Shown here one piece after another: positions 41,744 through 51,391 of a DNA stretch of 64,000 nt. The notes beneath the pieces are model-generated. The model was not told the DNA's origin. It searched no databases and saw only the letters and a program-made list of their open reading frames with translations. Source of the DNA: an uncultured Verrucomicrobiae bacterium (GTDB lineage Bacteria; Verrucomicrobiota; Verrucomicrobiia; Palsa-1439); assembly GCA_963812605.1 (NCBI GenBank), contig CAWEWF010000001.1, forward strand, positions 224,001 through 288,000, written 5' to 3'. Each line of letters starts with the position of its first letter. Positions within the stretch are counted from its first letter, which is position 1. Both the position numbers and the translations under genes were made by a program.

Positions 41744-43168
41744 ATGAACTACCTGAATCGGCTGGCAATGCTGCTGGGATGCGCCGCGATTGTTTTCGGC
41801 GCGGTGAGCGCGCGGGCGATCAATCTTACAAATCTCTACACGTTCGGCGGCACCAATGATAACGGCACGCCCGAGGCGGGCCTGGTGCAGGGAGTCGACG
41901 GCAATTTGTACGGAACCACGTGGGGCCTGGGCGGCACCAACGGCGGCACCGTTTTCCTGATCACCACCAATGGGTCGCTGACGACGCTGTATCGGTTCAC
42001 CGGCCTGGCCGACGGTGGGAAACCGTTCGGCCCGCTGATGCATGGCAGCGACTCGAATTTTTACGGCACGACCCAAAGCGGCGGCACCAGCACGAATTGC
42101 TCCGGCGGTTGCGGGACGATTTTCCGAATGTCGTCCGCCGGCACATTGACGACCCTGCACGAGTTCGACGGCAGGCCCGCCGGCGACGGCTCGGACCCGC
42201 GTTCGGCCCTTGCGCAGGGGCTTGACGGGAATTATTACGGCACCACCTACAGCGGCGGGACGAACAATCTCGGGATTGTGTATCAATTGACTTCCGCCGG
42301 CACGTTCACCGTCCTGCACCAGTTCAGCGGGGGCGCGCAAGGGGCCAATCCCTGGGCCGGACTCGTCCAGGGCGGCGACGGCAATTTTTACGGTGTTACC
42401 CAAAACGGCGGCACCAACCATCAGGGCACCGCCTTTCTCATCACGTCCGCCGGCACGCTGACGACGTTGCACCAGTTCCTCGGCACGGGCGGCGAAGGTT
42501 CCGGTCCCCTTGGCGCGCTGGCCCGGGGTAGTGACGGCAATTTTTACGGCACCACCTCCGGCGGCGGCACCAATTTTAGCGGAAGCGGGACCGTTTTCCA
42601 AATGACGCCCGCCGGTGCGGTCACGACGTTGCACCAATTCGATTACACCGACGGCGACGATCCCGAGCAGGGCATCGTGCAGGCCAGTGACGGCAATTTT
42701 TACGGCACAACATTTGACGGCGGCACCGGCGACGGCGGGGTCGGGGTGCTGTTCATGATCTCCACCGGCGGCGTGTTCAATGTGCTGTATGATTTCAACG
42801 GCATCGACGGAGAGTTTTCCACCGAATCCGGCGCTCTGGTGCAAGGCATCGACGGCAACTTTTACGGCACCACGCTCAGCGGCACAAACCTGAACAATTT
42901 CGGTGGCGTCTACAAATTTTCCGTTCCAATCACCCCTCCCAACACCATTACCGCCTTCGAGGCCAACATCACCAACGCCGTCGTGACCATCACCAGCATT
43001 CCCGGCGCAACGTATCAGCTCCAGTACCGCGATTCCATGATCTCCGGCGCATGGTCCAACGTCCCCGGTGCCGTCGTCACCAACGGTCCAGGCGCCGCCC
43101 TGAGCCTCACGAACACCGCCGCCCCTCTCCCGCCGAACCGGTTCTACCGGGTGCAGATCACGCCGTGA
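41744..43168 (+). CDS. Secreted GloVer-type (choice-of-anchor tandem repeat) beta-propeller protein
   Basis: Seven LVQG.DGNFYGTT..GG...GTVF.IT..G.LTTLH.F repeats; C-terminal ...NRFYRVQITP domain. Confidence 0.9.
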   Translation: MNYLNRLAMLLGCAAIVFGAVSARAINLTNLYTFGGTNDNGTPEAGLVQGVDGNLYGTTWGLGGTNGGTVFLITTNGSLTTLYRFTGLADGGKPFGPLMHGSDSNFYGTTQSGGTSTNCSGGCGTIFRMSSAGTLTTLHEFDGRPAGDGSDPRSALAQGLDGNYYGTTYSGGTNNLGIVYQLTSAGTFTVLHQFSGGAQGANPWAGLVQGGDGNFYGVTQNGGTNHQGTAFLITSAGTLTTLHQFLGTGGEGSGPLGALARGSDGNFYGTTSGGGTNFSGSGTVFQMTPAGAVTTLHQFDYTDGDDPEQGIVQASDGNFYGTTFDGGTGDGGVGVLFMISTGGVFNVLYDFNGIDGEFSTESGALVQGIDGNFYGTTLSGTNLNNFGGVYKFSVPITPPNTITAFEANITNAVVTITSIPGATYQLQYRDSMISGAWSNVPGAVVTNGPGAALSLTNTAAPLPPNRFYRVQITP

Positions 43169-43323
43169 TAGGGCTGCGATGAGGGTTGATTCGCCGATGC
43201 TGGGATTTAACATCGGGCATCTGCGCCACCCCACGCTGATCCGTGCCAACCTGCGCCCAAATCTCGTGGGCGTATTTGTGGGACGGACCGAATTCCGACA
43301 AAGCCGGCATTGCAGAACATCTT

Positions 43324-43348
43324 GGTTCGAGTCCTAGCGAGGCAGCCA
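43324..43348 (+). repeat. attR: duplicate of the tRNA-Gln 3' end
   Basis: 25-bp exact copy of 34089-34113. Confidence 0.85.
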
Positions 43349-43352
43349 CATT

Positions 43353-44777
43353 CTAGGGATGCGTAGGCGACAAAGTCACCTTGAAGATGTAGGGGGACGC
43401 GGCGCTGTCCGAGTTGAAGTTGGTGTTGGGCAGGGTGCTTTGGATTCCCCCGACGATGTAACCGACCACAACCGGGCCGTTTCCCAGCACATCGTATTTC
43501 AGTACGCCGTTCTTGTATGTGGGTAATCCATCCACGGGAATCAGTGTGGCGCTGGCGCCAAAGAGAAGTTGATTGCCCGGATTGGATCCGGTGGACAGAA
43601 TCACCGGATATTCGGCGTTCATCAGGTACTGCGAGAACACCCCGAGTCGATCGCGCTTGATGGCTGTTACCTGGTTGATGAAGGGCAATTCGGCGTCTGT
43701 CTCGAATACTCCGCTGGAGAAAAAGCCGAAGCTAATGCCACCCATCAGCACCGTATACGAATTGCCCTCCTTGCGCGAGAAGAGTTCCAGTGTGGGGCAG
43801 GTCCAATTGTTCATTCCCTGCTTAAACGTAGCGACATTAGTGGGATTGGCCATCGAGGCGATGCCGGTTCGGCTGATTTCAACCGGGACGGTCCAGATTC
43901 CATCCGTTGGGGTAAACACGCCGGAAAAGGCCACGAAACCTTTGCGACCGCGCTCGATGATCGGGACAACGTTCAGGTTCGCGCGTCGATAGTTCGGATC
44001 CGGAGTTGCCGGCTCTAACGTCTGGGCCACAAAAGAAAGATTTGTTCCATGGTCCACGATGCGGAACCGCCGGACCTGCTCGGAGTAGGTGCCGTCGGAT
44101 GTGATGTTGGCTCCCTCAAACTCCTGCCCGAACACCAGGAGAGCGTGATGGGGAGACGACTCTGTCATGACCCCGCCGGTTATCTGAAACATCGGGTCGA
44201 AGACCTGGCGGAGATGTTGCGCGGCGCTTTCGCCGTTGGTTGGATTGATGACCCAATGAATCAGGCCGGGAACATCGATGGCAGTCAAAGCAGCCTTGGT
44301 GGTGAAGTTGCTCGTGGATGTGTCCACGCCGTAACCGCCCGACAGATAGAGCGTATTTTTCGACTGATACGACTGCGCCGCGGTCACGGACAAGAGATCG
44401 ATTTGAGCCTGCGTCAGCCCCGATTCCTGATTGGTGAGCGAGCGCGTAGCAATCGTTTGCAAATTGGGATCGACGACAAAGACCATTGTGTTCTGCGTGT
44501 CTGGCGGGAAATTGTTGTTGGTATTGCTGAACCCATGCAGTCCATTGATTCGACCCGCCAACAGCAACCACTTGCCGCCGCTTGTTCCCACGACAAAGGA
44601 TTGAAGGCCGCTGGGCAATGAAAAACCCGCCTGTTCAATCTGGATGCTGAACGGCACCCCGTTGCTGGAAAGGATCGGGCTGAGGGTAGCGGTTTGATTC
44701 TGGGCAATGACCCAGGAAGTGCCTCCGAACGCCGTTGCGAATACAAGAAATCCGAGCCAGACCGATAATCTTTTCAT
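43353..44777 (-). CDS. Secreted hypothetical protein (kelch-like beta-propeller)
   Basis: Signal peptide; AGGAGG RBS; GG dipeptide blades (LLAGRINGLH, YLSGGYG, ITGG, LVFGQ, LMGG, YIVGG). Confidence 0.75.
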   Translation of the reverse strand: MKRLSVWLGFLVFATAFGGTSWVIAQNQTATLSPILSSNGVPFSIQIEQAGFSLPSGLQSFVVGTSGGKWLLLAGRINGLHGFSNTNNNFPPDTQNTMVFVVDPNLQTIATRSLTNQESGLTQAQIDLLSVTAAQSYQSKNTLYLSGGYGVDTSTSNFTTKAALTAIDVPGLIHWVINPTNGESAAQHLRQVFDPMFQITGGVMTESSPHHALLVFGQEFEGANITSDGTYSEQVRRFRIVDHGTNLSFVAQTLEPATPDPNYRRANLNVVPIIERGRKGFVAFSGVFTPTDGIWTVPVEISRTGIASMANPTNVATFKQGMNNWTCPTLELFSRKEGNSYTVLMGGISFGFFSSGVFETDAELPFINQVTAIKRDRLGVFSQYLMNAEYPVILSTGSNPGNQLLFGASATLIPVDGLPTYKNGVLKYDVLGNGPVVVGYIVGGIQSTLPNTNFNSDSAASPYIFKVTLSPTHP

Positions 44778-45139
44778 AAGCCGTCCCTCCTTTACGTCAT
44801 TTCGACCTTAAAGTGCGAGTAATTCGCGTGTCAACGAGCTTTCCACATTCTTCGGGGCTGAGGGCTACGTTTTCCAACGTTTGAATCACCATGCGCCAAA
44901 TTCCACCGAAAGAATTCGCCCCAAGACACTTCTCCACAGAAGCTTTTCAACCGTTTTAGCAGCCCGCCGTTGGGCCAGATTTTTGCCAAGAAGTTTGTCT
45001 TGCAATCGTTTGCCGAAACTGCCATGCTCGTACTGTGCTTTCGATTCCTTGAGGAATCATAAAAGCCCCGATTTTTTTATGCGCCGCTGCTAAGACGGAA
45101 GGCCAAGATGCCGACAACATACTCGAAGGATCGTTCACG

Positions 45140-48100
45140 ATGAAACCCAGCTTGCAGAGAACATTCCTCGTCCAATTGGCAGCGGCCACGCTTTTGTTTA
45201 TCATCGGCGCGAGCGTGGGCATTGCTCAAGTGCCACAGCTCAACCTTCAGCCCGGCGTTCAGTTGAGCTGGCCCATGCCGAATACGACTAATACCTATCA
45301 CCTGCAATGGGCACCCAGCTCTGGCGGCACGTGGACGGATCTTATTGCGGCGTCGACTGGCGATGGAACAACGCACACACTTTTTGATCCGGTTCCCAGC
45401 GGAACGCGCGCCTATCAGGACTTGGAAATCGTTCCGGGCACACCCCCGTCTGCCGCACTTCCGGCGAATAGCGGATTTGAATCCGGAACCGGATCCACCG
45501 CCAGCAATTGGACGGTGGATACGGCTGCTGGCGGTCCCGTGTATGGGGTTCGCACGAACGACAACCCGCACAGCGGCTCGTATGACTTCCAGGTCCACGT
45601 GGCCAGCACTGGCGCTGGTCCGGTGGTTCAGTTTAACCAATCCGGGATTCCGGTGACGGGAGGGACCAGCTACCCGTTCAGCTTCTACTCCGATGCTCTG
45701 GCGGGCAGCGCGGGAGATGTACCCCAGTATGACATTGTGTGGAATAACGGGGCGGGGAGCACGGGTTATCAAAATTTTACTCCCGGAGCCAACACCTACG
45801 CCTTGTTTAGCACCACGGTCACCGCCCCTGCCAGCGCGACGGCGGCGACGATCTATTTCCACGTTGCGGGCGCGGCGAGCCAGAGCCTGTCGGCCACGAT
45901 TGACTTTGATGACGTTGTACTGGGGAGCGGCAGTTCCGGCTCGGGCACGCCACCGGCAACCAACGTCTTGCAGGTGGCCACCCTGCCGATGGTCAGCATT
46001 AGCTGGCTGTCCACGAACGCTCTTCCCTATTACGCGGAATCAACTACCAACCCAGCCACCGGACCTTGGACGAATAACTTTGGGCTGTTCGTGGGAAACG
46101 GCGGCACGGAATCGTTCCTGGCGCCGATGACGAATAGCGCCATGTTCTTCCATCTACGGATTCCGGCATTGACGAATTTGCCTCCGACAAACTTGCACCA
46201 AGTACCGTCCGGTTCCACAGATGCCATCGGCGTGGCTTGGACGGCCAGCCTATCGCCGGGGGTAACGGATTACCGCATGTCGTATAGCGACCTGAGCACG
46301 ACCATCACCAACACCACGGACCTCGGCAATGTGACCAGCACGATTATCTCCGGGTTGACATCAGGCGACACCTATTTCGTGTCTCTCGTCGCGATTACGA
46401 GCAACGGTCAAAGCGACCCGGTTAGCATGACCGCCCAGCCGGATACAAGCGTCAGCATCATTCCGCTCTTCAACGCCTTTACGACCCTGGAACCAGATAC
46501 GGTCTACGACACGCCCTCCAATCATGTGACGCGGATCTCCGATCGTCCGCGCCTCCGTCATGCGCGGGAGGATGGTTCCAGGGACAACCCTCCGGACTTT
46601 AGTCTCTACGACACCTATGCGATTTTCTATTGGCAGCAGCGCATGACCACCATCGAGATCGACGATGCTGTGGCCAAGGGTGGTAGCGACGTTTTGTTCC
46701 ATATGTGGTCACTGAATGGATTGACGGGACCACCGAACATCCGCTTCTTTTTCCAAGGGCAGACCACCGTGGCGCAATATGGGGACAACGAGTACTCAGT
46801 CCAGGCAGATTCAAGCCTGACCAACTGGACGTTTGACGTCACCCATAACGGTTCTGGCGGCGCTTTGCACGTGGGTGATAAAATCGAGATGGAGTTCAGC
46901 CCGTTCATGCTGACCGCAACCAACGGGCAGCTCAACTATTACGGCGGCGTGATTCTCTACATTGTCGGGCAGGGGATTGTTCCTTGGCAGGCGATCCAGA
47001 ACCCCATTGACCTGAACCCGGCGAACGACGGGCCCGTCGTCAATGGCGTCAGGGTGAACATCGACTCGAATCCAATCCCGACGAACGGCTGGCTGGCCGG
47101 TAGTAGCACGATGCCGTACCAGTACTCGGGCGAACCGACGCACTTGTTTAATCAATTGTCACCCGGCGCGTCACCTCTGACCGGCGAACCATTCCTGCTC
47201 GGACGGCGTTTGCATCACACGGATTTCGGCACCGGCGCGCATGTTGGCGATGAGGTCGACGCACAGGGGGGAAATGGGATCTTTACGCAACAGGTCGGCA
47301 AACTCGGACCGACATTTGCCAATCGCAGTTGCATCGCGTGTCACGTGAACAATGGCCGGGCGCTTCCGCCGGCCATCGGTTCCGTGATGATGCAGTCCGT
47401 CGTCCACGTTGGGATCGATGCGAGCGGAACGCCGGATCCGGTCCTTGGCTCCGTGCTCCAGCCTCTGTGCTCCACCGGGGCGCCCGTGGCCGGCGTAACA
47501 ATTTCCAGTTACACGACCACCAGTGGGACGTACGGCGACGGCACGCCGTATACATTGCAACAGCCAAACTACACGTTCACGGGCTACACACCGGCGTTTT
47601 ACTCGGTGCGGGTCGCGCCGCAGCTCGTGGGCATGGGCTTGCTCGAGGCCGTGAGCGAAAGCACCATCGAAAGCCAGTCCGGCCCGGGCGCGAACGGCGT
47701 CAACGGCACCGTTCGCGTCATGACCGATCCGGAGACCGGCCAACTGCGTCTCGGGCGGTTCACCTACAAGGGCGGGCGGGACACTGTCAAACATCAAATC
47801 GCCGCGGCCCTCAACCTCGACATGGGCGTAACGACCTCGGTTTACCCGATGCGCAATGCCAGTACCAACAGCATACCGGTCGAACTCGCCGATAGCGACC
47901 TTACGAATTGGGTCCGGTATGTCGATGCTCTCGGTGTCAACGCCCGGCGCAACGTGACCAATTCTGTCGAACTTCAAGGCGAGGCGCTATTTGGCAGCGC
48001 GAACTGCTGGCAATGCCACACACCGACACTCACAACGAGTCCGTACCATCCGATTGCCGAACTGCGCAACCAGACCATTCATCCCTATACCGACCTGCTC

Positions 48101-48364
48101 TTGCACGACATGGGCCCGGGTCTGGCTGACAACATGGGCGAAGGCAACGCCACCGGCTCCCAATGGCGCACGTCGCCGCTTTGGGGTATTGGCCTCACGG
48201 CCGGGGTCAGCGGTGGCGAAGCGTACCTCCACGACGGGCGTGCGCGCAGCCTCGCAGAAGCCATCCTGTGGCACGACGGCGAAGGCGCGGCGTCAAGGGA
48301 AGCCTTCCGCAACATGTCGGCGTCGGATCGCGCCGCGCTCATCGCGTTCTTGCAATCGCTGTAA
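45140..48364 (+). CDS. Secreted di-heme oxidoreductase (DHOR family) with CBM4/9-like and FN3 domains
   Basis: Signal peptide; NSGFESG...IDFDDV (CBM-like); PPTNL...YFVSLVA (FN3); LGP.F..SCIACH, APQLVGMGLLE, CWQCH, YTDLLLHDMG, WRTSPLWG and YLHDGRA. Confidence 0.9.
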   Translation: MKPSLQRTFLVQLAAATLLFIIGASVGIAQVPQLNLQPGVQLSWPMPNTTNTYHLQWAPSSGGTWTDLIAASTGDGTTHTLFDPVPSGTRAYQDLEIVPGTPPSAALPANSGFESGTGSTASNWTVDTAAGGPVYGVRTNDNPHSGSYDFQVHVASTGAGPVVQFNQSGIPVTGGTSYPFSFYSDALAGSAGDVPQYDIVWNNGAGSTGYQNFTPGANTYALFSTTVTAPASATAATIYFHVAGAASQSLSATIDFDDVVLGSGSSGSGTPPATNVLQVATLPMVSISWLSTNALPYYAESTTNPATGPWTNNFGLFVGNGGTESFLAPMTNSAMFFHLRIPALTNLPPTNLHQVPSGSTDAIGVAWTASLSPGVTDYRMSYSDLSTTITNTTDLGNVTSTIISGLTSGDTYFVSLVAITSNGQSDPVSMTAQPDTSVSIIPLFNAFTTLEPDTVYDTPSNHVTRISDRPRLRHAREDGSRDNPPDFSLYDTYAIFYWQQRMTTIEIDDAVAKGGSDVLFHMWSLNGLTGPPNIRFFFQGQTTVAQYGDNEYSVQADSSLTNWTFDVTHNGSGGALHVGDKIEMEFSPFMLTATNGQLNYYGGVILYIVGQGIVPWQAIQNPIDLNPANDGPVVNGVRVNIDSNPIPTNGWLAGSSTMPYQYSGEPTHLFNQLSPGASPLTGEPFLLGRRLHHTDFGTGAHVGDEVDAQGGNGIFTQQVGKLGPTFANRSCIACHVNNGRALPPAIGSVMMQSVVHVGIDASGTPDPVLGSVLQPLCSTGAPVAGVTISSYTTTSGTYGDGTPYTLQQPNYTFTGYTPAFYSVRVAPQLVGMGLLEAVSESTIESQSGPGANGVNGTVRVMTDPETGQLRLGRFTYKGGRDTVKHQIAAALNLDMGVTTSVYPMRNASTNSIPVELADSDLTNWVRYVDALGVNARRNVTNSVELQGEALFGSANCWQCHTPTLTTSPYHPIAELRNQTIHPYTDLLLHDMGPGLADNMGEGNATGSQWRTSPLWGIGLTAGVSGGEAYLHDGRARSLAEAILWHDGEGAASREAFRNMSASDRAALIAFLQSL

Positions 48365-48489
48365 GCGACGAGCGTTATGGCATTAGGGACCCGACCTGAT
48401 CGCCTGCGGCAAGGGATCACTTTGTGGGTGGATGAAGCCTTGAGTTGGTGGCGTCAGGGCCGGTTTTTCTGACCCGGCTGGTTGGGATC

Positions 48490-49163
48490 TCAATGGGTCA
48501 GCGCATAGACGGCGATATTCAACGCCAACTTCTTGCCGTCCTCAACATCGACTCCCTTGCCCATATTGCAGTTGTTATTTGCGCTGAATGCGCAGCACAA
48601 CCCATCCTCGCACATCACCGCCACCAGATTGTCCTGATAGAACAATCCCTCAAGATAAACGTTGCGGTTGCCGTTGTTCGAGCGGACGTGATCCAGTTTG
48701 TAAAACGATCGGTAGATGAGGTGATCGTAGGGGATGGTTTTGATCTGGACGCCGGCAAAGATGCGGCTGAATTCGCGCCGCCAGGCCTTGGGGAAGCCGG
48801 GGTTGGTGCAGCAACCGGACCCAAAGACAAAACCACCGTGTGAAAGATATTCCCGCAGGTTCGCCAATTCAGCGTCGCTGAACACGAAATCATCGTGGCC
48901 GTTCATGAAGAGGAAGGGCGTCTCGAAAATCTGCGGATCGGTGAGCTTCAGGTGGCGTTCTTCCTGAACCTTAATGGTGGACGCCTGTGAAACCAACTTC
49001 ATCAAGTCTTCGCCGACATTGCTGCAGTCATTGCCGCTGTTGCTGGCGTACTTGATGCGCCCCATGAAGAAGGTGGCGACGTTTTCATCCTTGTCGGCGG
49101 CAGGCCTTCTTGCGCCACCAACCCGACAAGGCCGATAAGAGTGAGAAACACGACGCGCTTCAT
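48490..49163 (-). CDS. DUF4159 domain protein; frameshift near 49100
   Basis: MKRVVFLTLIG signal (ATGA overlap at 49160-49163); PFLFMNGH...LREYLSHGGF...LALNIAVYALT. Confidence 0.8.
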
Positions 49164-51391
49164 TGCAAACTCCAGTGTTTCCTTAGCACATATTCGAGTC
49201 CCAGGCAACCCAACAACAGCGCCAGGACGTTGCCGTTGACGCCCGCCGGTCTGCGAATCAGCCGGTCCCGATGCGATTGCTCGACCCGCTCGTTGATCTG
49301 GGCCAACAGGTCATCCATGCTGTGACAATCCTCGGCCCGCAACGCCAGCCCCCCGCTGATGCTCGCCCATTGCCGAAGTTGCTCCATATTGCGCGCCGTG
49401 TCCTGAAATTCCACGTTCACGTCCCGGATCTGGATCGAACGGGAGGCGATCAGGACGCGATGCGTGTCCAGCACATGAATGGTGTACGTGCCCTCACGCT
49501 CCGCGCGAAAACTCGTCTCCACGGGTCGGCCCGCCGACAGCTCCACGGTCTGTTCCTGTACGGTTTTCCCCTGGCCATCCTCCACGTGCACGACAAAGTT
49601 CTGGCGCGGTTCCGTCACATTTTTCGGGTCCGGTTGTTTTTCCAGGATCAGGCGAATATCCGACTGTGGGCGCAACTCCTGGTCGGCAAAGTGGATCGCG
49701 ATATCCTGCCGACTCGACTCGCTGAGATAGCGGAACAACTGCCGCCAGAAACGATCGAAAGTTTGGGGGTCGGATTCCTTGGCGAGCCGCCAGCGCCAGA
49801 AGTTCTGTACGCACAACACCGCCGACAGTCCCGCGCCATATCGTTGCGTCGCCATGAGAATCCGCCGCCCATTCGGCCCCATGTCCTCCTGGTGCAGGGC
49901 CCAGACCTGTGCGCCGGGCTTCGCCGCATCCACGCGTCCGTACTCGGTAAATGTCGGCAACCGTTCCCAGGCCGCGCGGTTGGCGCCCGCGTCCGCGACC
50001 TGGAAAACCGGGTGCTGCAGCGCTTCGTCGGTCAATTGCAGATGAAAGGGGCGATCCAACCCTACCACGCCGCGGCTGGAAGCGAACACCACCGGCAACA
50101 ACTGTTCCAGCCGGCTCCCCTGCCACGACGAATCAAACGTCGCGGGACCTCCCATCATCAGGACGCCGCCACCCAGCTCGCTGCAGAACCGCGCCAATAC
50201 TTCCTGTTGCGCCGCGGTCAAATCGGAGGGCCGCAGATTCGTCAGCACCACCACGCGAAACGGCGCCATTTCCTCCAGCGTGGATGGAAACCCGCTCAGC
50301 AACTCGCCGGCGCTCTCAACATTCTGGCGGAAAACCGAATGGCTCGAGGTCCGGATCAGCCCCGTCAATTTCACCATCGGATCGCCGCGCAACGCGAGGT
50401 TGATGAATTTGTAGTCCCACGTCAACGCGCCCTGGACATAGAGCACGCGCAATTCCTTCTCCGACGTGATCCGCACGGTGGTCGTGGCCAGCGTTTCGAC
50501 GCACGTCAAACCACGCACGACCGGCGGCATCAGTTGCACCGCGTACTGGTGCGTGCCCTCGGTTTCCTCCGTCACGGGAAAGTTTTCGACCCAGGAGCGC
50601 GAGCCTTTGCCCGGGCTAATCGTCTTGTGTTGCGTCAGTTTGCCGTCACGCATCAAAACCAGGTCGAACGGCGTCAGGTCCTCGGCGTTGACCATCTCAA
50701 GACGGGCCCCGATGTTGAATTGCTGGCGCGGAGGGGCCGTTGGCGGTCCCTCGGCTTGCCGCAGCGTCAACGTTTCGACTCCCGTGTCGCTTCCAAAGCC
50801 GATACCGATGAAGGGAGTATGCGCGTCGACCAGGGCCGCCACCGCTCGCGAGTTCTCGGAAGATTCGTTCGCCGCGCCATCGGTCAGCGCGATGATCGCC
50901 AGCGGCGGCTGGGCGGCGGCCGACAACGCCCGCGTGATCGCCCGCGCCAGGTTGGTCCGTCGTCCGTCCGGCTTGGCCGCCACCAACTGCGCGCCGTCGG
51001 CCGCCTGGACGTCTTCCGCAAACAAAAGTGCTTCCGTCTGCCAGCCGGCGGTTTTCAGGGCGGGCAGGACCTGTTCGCGTGCCAGGCGCAACGCCCGCGC
51101 GTATCGCGTCTGGTGATCTTCCTCCAGCGACATGCTCTCGCTGCGGTCCATCAATAGCACCACCGATTTTTTGTTCGCGGTTTCCACTTCCCGCGAGACC
51201 CAGGTGGGGCGACCCGCCAGGAACACCAGGGTCAGCAGCGTTACAGTGCGCAAGCCCGTAAGGGCCGCGACGCGCCATTTGTCCAACCCGGTCTGTCCCA
51301 ATGACCAGGCCATCATGATCAACAGCGCGCCGGTAACGGGCAATCCAATCTGCCAGCCGAGCGGAAAGCCAAAAACAAGGTGTGCGGTCAT
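49160..51391 (-). CDS. Membrane VWA plus glutamine-amidotransferase-like domain protein
   Basis: N-terminal TMs; DRSESM MIDAS, LTDG; RVLYVQG..TWDYKF; GGGVLMMGG; FWRWR; C-terminal TM. Confidence 0.85.
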   Translation of the reverse strand: MTAHLVFGFPLGWQIGLPVTGALLIMMAWSLGQTGLDKWRVAALTGLRTVTLLTLVFLAGRPTWVSREVETANKKSVVLLMDRSESMSLEEDHQTRYARALRLAREQVLPALKTAGWQTEALLFAEDVQAADGAQLVAAKPDGRRTNLARAITRALSAAAQPPLAIIALTDGAANESSENSRAVAALVDAHTPFIGIGFGSDTGVETLTLRQAEGPPTAPPRQQFNIGARLEMVNAEDLTPFDLVLMRDGKLTQHKTISPGKGSRSWVENFPVTEETEGTHQYAVQLMPPVVRGLTCVETLATTTVRITSEKELRVLYVQGALTWDYKFINLALRGDPMVKLTGLIRTSSHSVFRQNVESAGELLSGFPSTLEEMAPFRVVVLTNLRPSDLTAAQQEVLARFCSELGGGVLMMGGPATFDSSWQGSRLEQLLPVVFASSRGVVGLDRPFHLQLTDEALQHPVFQVADAGANRAAWERLPTFTEYGRVDAAKPGAQVWALHQEDMGPNGRRILMATQRYGAGLSAVLCVQNFWRWRLAKESDPQTFDRFWRQLFRYLSESSRQDIAIHFADQELRPQSDIRLILEKQPDPKNVTEPRQNFVVHVEDGQGKTVQEQTVELSAGRPVETSFRAEREGTYTIHVLDTHRVLIASRSIQIRDVNVEFQDTARNMEQLRQWASISGGLALRAEDCHSMDDLLAQINERVEQSHRDRLIRRPAGVNGNVLALLLGCLGLEYVLRKHWSLQ

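Larger units (their letters stand above)
34089..43348. mobile_element. tRNA-Gln-anchored genomic island (attL/attR direct repeat), no integrase
   Basis: GGTTCGAGTCCTAGCGAGGCAGCCA is identical at 34089-34113 and 43324-43348. Confidence 0.75.

Noticed and set aside
39900-42920. Periodic DNA repeats as a CRISPR array or DGR
   Set aside because: They are degenerate in-frame protein repeats (ELWxxDGT, GloVer). There is no identical repeat-spacer structure and no cas or RT gene.
44780-45139. Riboswitch in the divergent intergenic region (also considered at 9060-9350)
   Set aside because: I could not match any known aptamer consensus by eye; an Rfam cmscan would be needed.
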